A stretch of 64,000 nucleotides of DNA from an uncultured delta proteobacterium. GTDB taxonomy: Bacteria > Desulfobacterota > Binatia > UBA9968. The translations under genes and the position numbers were made by a program. Position 1 is the stretch's first letter, and every line of letters starts with the position of its first letter. The notes beneath the pieces were generated by a model. The model searched no databases. It was not told the origin of the DNA and worked only from the letters and a program-made list of their open reading frames with translations. The stretch covers positions 160,001 through 224,000 of the forward strand of contig CAWFJP010000014.1 in NCBI GenBank assembly GCA_963816145.1, given 5' to 3'. Positions 40,851-48,637 of the stretch are shown here, piece after piece.

Positions 40851-41741
40851 ATGGAAATTATCCGCGGCAACTTGAGCGATATCAAAGGCATCCCGCCGAG
40901 CGGTTTATGCGTCGGTGTGCACCGCGCCGGCGCGGTGCATAAGAAGATGGTCGCCAAGCATGGCGACGGTCTGGCGGTCTGGTCGCTTAGGCCCGATCTC
41001 GATTTCATCGCGTTCAAAAAGGAAGGCCTTGGTGAACAGGGGATTCGCTCGACCAACGACATGGCATCGATCGACGGCAATGAAAAACTGATTTATGGCG
41101 TGCGCGGCGCGCCGCCCGAGGTGCGCGAAACGGCGCGCGAGAAAGGTCTGACGCTGCTCGCCGACGCGACCTGTCCCTTTGTTTTACAGCAGGAAGAGGC
41201 CGAGATCGAGCTACTCAACGACGGGCGCCACTTGGTGTTACTCAGTAGTCCTACCCATCACGGCGTGCCGAGGATTCAAGGCATCGCGCGGACCAAGGGT
41301 AAAGAAGTCTTTATCGTCGAGCATGAGGACCAGGTCGACTCGATCCATCTGACTCGATTCGAACCCATCGGCGTGATCGTGCAGACGACTTTCTGGGTGG
41401 AAACCTACAAGAAAATCGTCGCCCGTTTACTGGAGCATTTCGCCAACGTGCAAATTCGCAACACTTCCTGCATCGACTCGCTGCAGCGCCTTCCCGAAGT
41501 CGAGAAGCTCGCCAAGCAAGTCGAAGCGATCGTTATTTTTGGCTGGACCGAAGGGATGACCACCCGGATGCTCGAAGTGGCGCGCGCTTTCAATCCGAAT
41601 GTTTACAAAATCGAGAAGGTGGACGATCTCCGGCTCGACTGGCTGCGCGGCAAGGAAACGGTCGGTATCATCGGTGCCAACGAGACACCCGAATGGATGA
41701 TGAACGATGCCATCGAGCGTATGAAGAGCATGGTGGCCTGA
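40851..41741 (+). CDS. Divergent IspH/LytB-fold [4Fe-4S] protein
   Basis: Three cluster Cys in IspH contexts (GLCVGV.RA, DATCPFV, NTSC) and QTT; VHN, AHG, HPE and SSN substrate motifs are absent. Confidence 0.85.
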   Translation: MEIIRGNLSDIKGIPPSGLCVGVHRAGAVHKKMVAKHGDGLAVWSLRPDLDFIAFKKEGLGEQGIRSTNDMASIDGNEKLIYGVRGAPPEVRETAREKGLTLLADATCPFVLQQEEAEIELLNDGRHLVLLSSPTHHGVPRIQGIARTKGKEVFIVEHEDQVDSIHLTRFEPIGVIVQTTFWVETYKKIVARLLEHFANVQIRNTSCIDSLQRLPEVEKLAKQVEAIVIFGWTEGMTTRMLEVARAFNPNVYKIEKVDDLRLDWLRGKETVGIIGANETPEWMMNDAIERMKSMVA

Positions 41742-41744
41742 ACC

Positions 41745-42026
41745 GTGCCGAAGATCACTTTCATTCCAGCGGAAAAATCGTTCGATGTCGCGCCAGGCAC
41801 GACCATCCTGGTTGCCGCAGTGCAAAACGGATTGCACCTGCGCCATGATTGCACCGAAGCGGTTTGCGGCACCGACCGGGTGAAGATCCTTTCCGGTGCG
41901 GAGCAGCTGAGTGCAATAACCGACAACGAGGAATTGACCCTCGAGATGATGAACGCGGGGCCCAACGAAAGGCTGGCTTGCGTCGCACGGATCGCCGGCG
42001 ATGTGATTGTCGAAATGCCCGAATAA
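41745..42026 (+). CDS. 2Fe-2S ferredoxin with CxxxxCxxD...C motif
   Basis: G.TIL.AA, HDCTEAVCGTD and RLAC. Confidence 0.85.
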   Translation: MPKITFIPAEKSFDVAPGTTILVAAVQNGLHLRHDCTEAVCGTDRVKILSGAEQLSAITDNEELTLEMMNAGPNERLACVARIAGDVIVEMPE

Positions 42027-42045
42027 GCGACTCTAAGGAGAATTA

Positions 42046-43152
42046 ATGCCGGCACCTGTGGCAATTCTAGCAAAACCGGACGATCACCGCGGCATTCTCA
42101 CCATGGCAGAAGCGGTCGACGCGATGCTCGATGCATTTCGCAATTGGGCGAATGACCCGCTGGTGGCGGAGCTGCGGCGACGCACGCACACGCCGAAGAA
42201 CGTGCGCATTACCCTACATCAGGGCGCGGCACCGGCTTATGGCACGACGGGCATCATGACCCATGCGGAGCTTGTGCGCATTTTCGGCGACAAACAAAAA
42301 TATCCGCGCCGCGGCCGCCCGGTTCTGGTGCTTTATGACAGCGACACGGCGGCTTTGAAGCTCATTCTCGTCGGCGAAATGCATCCCAAGGAGCTGCCGG
42401 ACGCCAACAGCGTGGTGGCGATGCCGACGGCCTGTGCCTCGATGGTCGGCACCGATTTGCTCGCGCGCAAAGACTGCCGGGTCGCCGGGGTTTTCGGTGC
42501 TGGAGATCAAGCGAAGATGCATCTCCTGGCGCTCACCTGTATTCGCAAGTCGATTGACAAGGCGCGCGTCTTCAGTCCGACCCGCGAGACTCGCGAAAAC
42601 TTTGCCGCGGAAATGAGCGCCGTATTGGGCATCGCAGTGACCGCCGCGGAGAGCGCTGCAGATGTTGTCGACGGCGCCGACGTAATCCTGTGCGCGACCA
42701 ATTCAAATGTTCCGGTATTCGACGGCAATTGGCTGGTTCCCGGCCAACATGTCACCTCGATCGTTTCGAGCAATATCGGATTGAAAAAGCGCGGCCACGT
42801 CATTGAAATGCGCCGCGAGATCGACGAGAGGACTCTGGAGCGGGCCGATATTTTGCTGACCAACGTTTGGGGACAGGAAGAGCTGGACAAGACCGCGGTG
42901 TTCTGGGAAGCCTCTCTCGATCGCCCAAACATCGCGGGCAAGATTGTCGATAGCGGAGAGCTCATCCGCGGTGAAAAAAGCGGACGAACCGACGCTGCTC
43001 AAATTACCTATTTCAAAAACTGCGCGTTTTGGGGTATTGGCGCGGCGGCCATCGGCGGACTGATCTATGACAAACTCTTGCAGCAGCGCAAGGGTTTGGC
43101 GCTCGACTTCAACCCGCATGAGTTCTATGACGATACTTGGGCGGAGGATTAG
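42046..43152 (+). CDS. Ornithine cyclodeaminase/mu-crystallin family protein
   Basis: FGAGDQA Rossmann motif, ADVILCATNS, GQHVTSI, REID and ITYFK. Confidence 0.88.
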   Translation: MPAPVAILAKPDDHRGILTMAEAVDAMLDAFRNWANDPLVAELRRRTHTPKNVRITLHQGAAPAYGTTGIMTHAELVRIFGDKQKYPRRGRPVLVLYDSDTAALKLILVGEMHPKELPDANSVVAMPTACASMVGTDLLARKDCRVAGVFGAGDQAKMHLLALTCIRKSIDKARVFSPTRETRENFAAEMSAVLGIAVTAAESAADVVDGADVILCATNSNVPVFDGNWLVPGQHVTSIVSSNIGLKKRGHVIEMRREIDERTLERADILLTNVWGQEELDKTAVFWEASLDRPNIAGKIVDSGELIRGEKSGRTDAAQITYFKNCAFWGIGAAAIGGLIYDKLLQQRKGLALDFNPHEFYDDTWAED

Positions 43153-43218
43153 ATTTGTTTGAATGAGCGGGAAGCCTGGGTTACAGCGCGAAGATGATCG
43201 CAAGGAGGATTGGATAGC

Positions 43219-44124
43219 ATGCGCGGTATAACACCGAGACGAGAACAGGGCATGGCCGATCCGGTGTTGGCCGAGATGGTTCATGCCACCGGGGCGACGG
43301 AGTCGCGTCACTACGCGGCGGTGAAGCCGATCATTCAAGCCTATCGCGCCAGTTGGGTGAAGTTGGCGCCGTTTCGCGACGGGCCGGTCAACCCCCAGCG
43401 CGTGCCGGTCGACGATCCGGCGGCGATGACGGCGCAGATCAAGGCGAAGGCGAGCGAGTGGGGCGCCAACTTGGTCGGCGTCTGCCGCCTGCAGCCGCAT
43501 ATGATCGATCTCGGCTCGGAAGTGTCCCACGAGTTTGTCATCGCCTGCTGCGTCGCCGAAGACTACGAAAAGGTGCTTCAAGGCCCGGACGCCGTCGAGG
43601 AAGAGGCGATGCGGACGTACGCGAAGTGCACCGAGATATCCACTGCGTTAGCTGCCTACGTCCGTGAGATGGGATATCCCGCCATCGCGCACCACAACGG
43701 CGCCAGCGAGGTGCAGGCGATCCCAATTTTCTACCAAGTCGGATTCGGCGAGCTCGGCCGGCATGGCAGTCTGATCAATGAAAAGTATGGCGCGAGCTTT
43801 CGCCCTGGTTTCGTCACCACCGATTTGCCGCTCGTCGAAGACCAGCCGCGAGAGTTCGGCGTTCAGGACTTCTGCATGAACTGCAACGTTTGCCAGCGCA
43901 ACTGCCCGGGCGACGCGATCCCGCAAGACCATGTCATGACCCATGGCATCAAGCGCTGGCTGATCGATTTGGAGAAGTGCTATCCGTATTCCCGCCTGCG
44001 CGAGGAGTATTGCCATCTCTGCGTCGACGTCTGCCCGTACAACGTGAAGTCGCATCCGGACACGTACAAAGCGCTTATGAAAGAGCGTAAACAGGTTGGC
44101 TATAAGACACCAAAGACTTATTGA
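43219..44124 (+). CDS. Reductive-dehalogenase/QueG-like 2x[4Fe-4S] protein (probably cobalamin-binding, no TAT signal)
   Basis: GANLVG, GFGELGRHG, VTTDLPL, FCMNCNVCQRNCP and C..CHLCVDVCP. ATG 43219 follows AAGGAGG. Confidence 0.85.
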   Translation: MRGITPRREQGMADPVLAEMVHATGATESRHYAAVKPIIQAYRASWVKLAPFRDGPVNPQRVPVDDPAAMTAQIKAKASEWGANLVGVCRLQPHMIDLGSEVSHEFVIACCVAEDYEKVLQGPDAVEEEAMRTYAKCTEISTALAAYVREMGYPAIAHHNGASEVQAIPIFYQVGFGELGRHGSLINEKYGASFRPGFVTTDLPLVEDQPREFGVQDFCMNCNVCQRNCPGDAIPQDHVMTHGIKRWLIDLEKCYPYSRLREEYCHLCVDVCPYNVKSHPDTYKALMKERKQVGYKTPKTY

Positions 44125-44203
44125 AGCGAGTTTGCACTAAGAGATCTCGGAAAAGAATATTTTCCCGCAAAGGCGCAAAGGCGCTAAGTTCGGAAAGGTT
44201 GGG

Positions 44204-44401
44204 ATGGAAAAGCTTTACGTCAATGCCATCGGACCCGACGGTGATGTCAGCACTGTCGGTTTGTTTTACTCGCAACCTGAAGCGCAAAAAACTGTTGACA
44301 TGCTGGGAACCAATCCCGAGCGAGTCGGTTATCGCTACGAAATCGTCGAAGCGGTGCGGCATGTGCTTTCAGAAAAAAATCCGCCAACCAGCAAGGAGTA
44401 G
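44204..44401 (+). CDS. Small hypothetical protein (65 aa)
   Basis: ATG start; stop lies 2 nt before the next ATG, and the ORF contains that gene's AAGGAG RBS. Confidence 0.5.
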   Translation: MEKLYVNAIGPDGDVSTVGLFYSQPEAQKTVDMLGTNPERVGYRYEIVEAVRHVLSEKNPPTSKE

Positions 44402-44403
44402 CC

Positions 44404-44955
44404 ATGCCCTATATCAAGACGATTCCGCCCACAGAGGCGACCGGAAAACTGAAGGAAGTCTATGAAACGGCGGGCGGCCCTTCGGCGGCGCGCGGCAAGG
44501 TCGCGATGGTGCGCCAGGTGCAAAGCCTCAATGCCGACGCGCTCGCCGCCTGGAGCGATCTTGGCGCAGCGATCATGCACGGCCCGTCGCGCCTGAGCAG
44601 GCGCCAGCGCGAGATGATCGCCACGGTGGTGTCGGCGACCAATCATTGCAGCTATTGAACGACTGCGCACGGAGAGGCTCTCCGTAGCGAAACCCACGAC
44701 GATCCGTTCGTCAAAGCGATTAAACAGGATTACACCAAGATTGATTTAACGGCAGCGGAGCGGGCCATGCTCGATTACGCGGTGAAACTGACGGTGACGC
44801 CGTCGAGCGTAACGGCAGAAGATGTTTTGATATTGCGCGCTCATGGGTTCGACGACCGCGATATACTCGACATCATCTACGTTGTTTGTTTGTACAATTT
44901 TAACGACCGGCTGGCCGACGCGACCGGCATCAAAGGGCATGATTTTCTTAGTTGA
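44404..44955 (+). CDS. AhpD/carboxymuconolactone-decarboxylase-like peroxidase selenoprotein (CxxU), 183 aa
   Basis: REMIATVVS..NHCSY-TGA(44656-44658)-TTAHGEAL continues in frame into ORF 44767-44955 (AMLDYA.KLT..P...NRLAD-like C-terminus). Confidence 0.9.
44666..44689 (+). promoter_or_regulatory. Bacterial SECIS-like hairpin
   Basis: CGC-ACGGAGA-[GGC]-TCTCCGT-A-GCG; G-initiated loop starts 17 nt after the UGA. Confidence 0.8.
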
Positions 44956-44994
44956 CATCGTCCGCCGCCGGGTGTGACGCACAGGTTGGCCATT

Positions 44995-45876
44995 ATGCCG
45001 TTCAGCTACGCCGAGTTCATGACTCAACTGATGGCGCCCAAGCCCTATCCAGCGCAGGCGGTTTTTACCGCGCCCCGGATAACGGCACTGCGCAAGCCGG
45101 TTGCAGAATGCACCCTCGGTGTCTTTACCAGCTGTGGCGCACAGCTGAAGGACGACCGACCGCTGGCCGAGACCAACGATCTTTCCTACCGGCTGCTGCA
45201 CCGTGACGTAGCGCTCTCGGAGCTGAAGATCAATCACATGACGCCGTCGCGCAAGTGGGCGCTGGAGGACTTGAACGTCGCTTATCCGCGCGACCGGCTG
45301 ATCGAGTTGGAGGCGGAGGGGGTTTTCAAGAAGCTTGCGCCCAGCGCCGTTTCCATGGTCGGTTCGATCACGTTGTACACGGAGCTTTTGAGCGATGCCG
45401 TGCCGCGGATCAAGCAAGAATTCGACCGGCAGGAAGTCGACCTGGTGCTGATCGTGCCGTTTTGACCGCAATGCCATCGGTCCGTGGGACTGATCGCAAG
45501 AGGACTGGAAGCGAGAGGTTTGCCGACCGTGAGCCTGAGCACCGTATGGGACATCACTCTGGCGGTAAAACCGCCGCGGCCATGCTTCCTGGATTTCCCG
45601 ATCGGCTGTCCGGTCGGCAAGCCGGGCATGCCGGAATTGCAGCGGCAAATACTGAAAGCGGTCTTCTCCCAGGCGGAGAAATTTACCGGTGATTGGGCGC
45701 TGCATGAGCTGCCCTTCCAGTGGGCAAAGGATGGCAGCCGTCATTGGGAGGAAGAGCTCAAGGATCTCTACCGGCGAGGCCTCGGCACGGTGGAGGCGCA
45801 TGTTGCGGATCATCGCCGTCGCGGTGAGGCGCTGATCGGTCAAGAGGAAGCGTTTGCGCTGCGCTGCAATTGCTAG
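44995..45876 (+). CDS. Glycine/sarcosine/betaine/D-proline reductase selenoprotein B (GrdB/PrdB)-like protein (UxxC), ~293 aa
   Basis: VDLVLIVPF-TGA(45463-45465)-PQCHRSVGLIARGLEARGLPTV joins ORFs 44974-45465 and 45484-45876 in one frame; also D.N..YP.DRL.ELE.EG and PPR..F..FP.G.P.G. Confidence 0.92.
45472..45498 (+). promoter_or_regulatory. Bacterial SECIS-like hairpin
   Basis: TGC-C-ATCGGTCC-[GTG]-GGACTGAT-C-GCA; GU loop starts 18 nt after the UGA. Confidence 0.8.
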
Positions 45877-45933
45877 CGTCCTGTCCACCCACTGACCGCC
45901 AGCCAATGAACGTATGAAAAGGAAGGTGCTGCG

Positions 45934-46719
45934 ATGATCGAACTCTATCACAACGACATGTCGGTGTGCGCGCAAAAGGTGCGTTTTACCCTGGCCGAGA
46001 AGAAACTTGCTTGGGACAGCCACCATATGAATCTGCGCGCCGGCGATCAGCAAAAGCCGGAATATTTGAAACTCAATCCCAACGCCCTGGTGCCTACCCT
46101 GGTCGACGATGGCACCGTTATTATCGAATCCACCGTGATCAACGAATATCTCGATGACGCGTATCCCGACCTGCCGCTGCGTCCGGCGGCCGCGACCGCG
46201 CGGGCGCGCATGCGTCTATGGACCAAACAGTTGGATGAAGGCGTTCACGCCGCGACCAGCGTGGTCAGCTCGGCGATCGCCTTTCGCTATCAAAAGCTCG
46301 CCATCGGCATGGAAGCGCTCGAAGAATTTCACAGGAAGATGCCCGACCCGGTGAAGCGCGAGAAGAGCTGGGAGAATGTCACCAAGGGCGTCGAGTCGCG
46401 CTTTTTCCCCGAGGCGGTCATGCGCTTCGACAAATTGCTTGGCGACATGGAGTCGGCCTTGAAAGACTCTCCGTGGCTCGCCGGCAAAGAGTTCTCGCTG
46501 GCCGATATCGGCTACGCGCCCTATGTTACCCGGCTCGATCACCTGCAACTGCAATTTCTCTGGGACAAGCGGCCGCACATTCCAGAATGGTACGATCGGC
46601 TGCGCGAACGGCGCGCGTATGGTGAGGCGCTGGAAAACTGGTTCAATCCCGCCTATTTGCCGCTGATGAAGGAAAAAGGATCGGAAGCGCGAGCCCGGGT
46701 CAAAGAGATCGTCGGCTAA
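45934..46719 (+). CDS. Glutathione S-transferase family protein (N-terminal SVC motif)
   Basis: LYH..MSVCAQKVR, LNP...VPTL, ES..I.EYLD and FSLADI. Confidence 0.9.
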   Translation: MIELYHNDMSVCAQKVRFTLAEKKLAWDSHHMNLRAGDQQKPEYLKLNPNALVPTLVDDGTVIIESTVINEYLDDAYPDLPLRPAAATARARMRLWTKQLDEGVHAATSVVSSAIAFRYQKLAIGMEALEEFHRKMPDPVKREKSWENVTKGVESRFFPEAVMRFDKLLGDMESALKDSPWLAGKEFSLADIGYAPYVTRLDHLQLQFLWDKRPHIPEWYDRLRERRAYGEALENWFNPAYLPLMKEKGSEARARVKEIVG

Positions 46720-46916
46720 AGAATTAGAGCATTGGAATCGAGACGAGACGATACGAGGCAAACTCCGGATCGGTTCTGGCTACTTTGGGCGGCGCCGGAA
46801 ACAAGGTGCGCGGCGCGACAGGTTGTTTGGCGACGGTGAAAAATGAAGTCCAGCGGCCGGTTCCCTGGAGTGGAGGAAGGTAACGAAGGCTAACACTCCG
46901 GTTAGACCGCTTGGTT

Positions 46917-47774
46917 TTAGGTAGTCGCCACCAGCAGTTCCTCTGAATTCTTTGGCGGAAGAAGGCCATCTGTCCTGCCCGCGAAGTAGCGTTGGGCAAG
47001 CGTAGCTGCCGATACGTGCTCAACCTCTCTAAAGCCGGCATCGCGGGCCAGTGTCAGCATCTCTGTTGGCGTGAAGAAGCTGATGAACGGCGTGCCGTTT
47101 GCTCGCGCCCCCGCTAGCGCTCGCTCAATCCCGGGACGCACCTCGGGGTCCGTCATCTCGATCGGAAGCAGGAATGACATGGCGAGTGTGGAGCCGGGAG
47201 CGAGCGCCGCGACCTGGCGCAGCGTCGCCGTAATCGCGTCCTTGGTCAGGTACATGCTGACACCGGTCGACGCCACGACCGCGGGCCGCTCAGGGTCGAA
47301 TCCCGACGCAGCCAGCCGCTCGCACCATGGATCGCCTGCCTCGAAGTCGACTGGCACGAGCCGCAAGAACGACGGAATGCCGAAGCCGAGTTCGACGAGG
47401 CGCTGGCGCTTCCACATCTGAGGGCCGGGCTGATCGATCTCGAACACGACCAGACGGGAGGCAAGCTCCGGCCGACGCTGGGCGAAGGTGTCCAAGCCCG
47501 CTCCAAGGATGACGTACTGCCCGACGCCACGGGCAGCTTGCTCCGCGACGAGATCTTCGATGAAGCGGGCGCGGGCCACGATGGAGGCGCGGAATGGCCG
47601 CGTGAACGGGCTCATGTCCGGACGGCTGCGCCATCCGTCGTCTGGAGCCGCCAGCTTCAAGCCGACTTCGTCTTCGAGTACGTGCGGCGGCGAGTCGACT
47701 TCGACATGCAGCGCCCGCCACAAGGCGACCCGCACCGCCGTGTTGTCTGGCGCCGCCACTTGCGTATCATGCAC
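46917..47774 (-). CDS. SAM-dependent methyltransferase (LCM/TcmP-like), cassette gene
   Basis: TA..VA..RA, R.RFIED, QYVILGAGLDT, FEIDQP and VDF. Confidence 0.9.
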   Translation of the reverse strand: MHDTQVAAPDNTAVRVALWRALHVEVDSPPHVLEDEVGLKLAAPDDGWRSRPDMSPFTRPFRASIVARARFIEDLVAEQAARGVGQYVILGAGLDTFAQRRPELASRLVVFEIDQPGPQMWKRQRLVELGFGIPSFLRLVPVDFEAGDPWCERLAASGFDPERPAVVASTGVSMYLTKDAITATLRQVAALAPGSTLAMSFLLPIEMTDPEVRPGIERALAGARANGTPFISFFTPTEMLTLARDAGFREVEHVSAATLAQRYFAGRTDGLLPPKNSEELLVATT

Positions 47775-47806
47775 GACATTCTCTCTCTTGGTTTTCGGCG
47801 TTGTCG

Positions 47807-47866
47807 GTCTAACGTTTTCGGTGAGAGGCGCGAATTTCAGCGTCCTTCTCGACCCAATGGTTAGGT
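47807..47866 (-). mobile_element. attC site (60 bp)
   Basis: Minus strand ACCTAAC (contains the toxin TAA)...GTTAGAC; inner stem with unpaired G and T on the opposite strand. Confidence 0.9.
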
Positions 47867-48199
47867 TCCGATAATCTCGTTCAATCCTTCAACAACCTGA
47901 GCCAATTCCTCTGGAGACGCCCGACCCATCACCTTTCCAATCCGTTCGACCGCGAGTGTTCGGATCTGGCTGATTTTCACCCACGACTTTTTCGGTAGCC
48001 CCCGTACATGAAGTTCGAGTGTTAAGGGGAACCCAGCGCGTTGAGGTTGACTCGTGAGCGCAACAGCAATCACCGTTCCGGAACGTTCATTGAAAACGTC
48101 CTGGCTTAGAATCAAAACCGGACGTAATCCGGCCTGTTCACGTCCCCGTACCGGATTCAAGTCGGCCCAGCGGATTTCACCCCTCAGTATTCGGGCCAT
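47861..48199 (-). CDS. mazF: Type II toxin, PemK/MazF family endoribonuclease
   Basis: RGEI.WADL.P..G.EQ.G.RP.LILS and QIRT..ER motifs. Confidence 0.93.
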   Translation of the reverse strand: MARILRGEIRWADLNPVRGREQAGLRPVLILSQDVFNERSGTVIAVALTSQPQRAGFPLTLELHVRGLPKKSWVKISQIRTLAVERIGKVMGRASPEELAQVVEGLNEIIGT

Positions 48200-48426
48200 T
48201 CCGCTAGATCCTCGGACAGCCCTTCTTCTGCAAGCGCCTTCTCAAAGGTAGGATCGAGCTTGGCGCACTCTTGGGCTAGACGACTTTTCTCAAGCCGCGC
48301 GAGTTTCTCCGCAACAGCTTCCTCGATGGCCTGACTACGGTTGGGAAAGACTTGTTTCTTAACCAGTTGATCGAGACGAGCGAGGGTAGATTCATCTAAA
48401 GAAATTGCAACCTTGGATCTTGCCAT
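48184..48426 (-). CDS. Ribbon-helix-helix (CopG) antitoxin
   Basis: KVAISLD...LD.LV....NRS.AI and an acidic tail; overlaps the toxin start. Confidence 0.88.
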   Translation of the reverse strand: MARSKVAISLDESTLARLDQLVKKQVFPNRSQAIEEAVAEKLARLEKSRLAQECAKLDPTFEKALAEEGLSEDLAEWPEY

Positions 48427-48491
48427 GACTCACCTCGTGGTATGACATTACTTCATACCAGAAACTGCGTCAAGGACAATGCAACTTTCAA

Positions 48492-48562
48492 ACCTAACGC
48501 CCCGCATCACCTGCCAGCGGAAGTGGGCAAGGCCCGCTGTAGCCGGTCAGGTGCATGCGGCA
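48492..48562 (-). mobile_element. Degenerate attC site (R' GTTAGGT and inner stem intact, R'' not recognisable)
   Basis: ACCTAAC-GCCCGCATCACCTG...CAGGTGCATGCGG on the plus strand; the expected closing GTTATGC is missing. Confidence 0.65.
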
Positions 48563-48637
48563 CTATTGATTGAAGCAGTGTCTAATCGACCTATTTCGAT
48601 CCTACGCTGCCCTTGGCCGACAAGCCGAGACTCGCAA

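Noticed and set aside
40851-41741. Calling the gene ispH
   Set aside because: Substrate-binding His, catalytic Glu and SxN motifs are missing, so the symbol is withheld.
41739-41747. IspH-like TGA in frame with the ferredoxin (TGA-ACC-GTG) as Sec read-through or fusion
   Set aside because: No Cys-type motif context, no SECIS-like hairpin, and both proteins are complete on their own.
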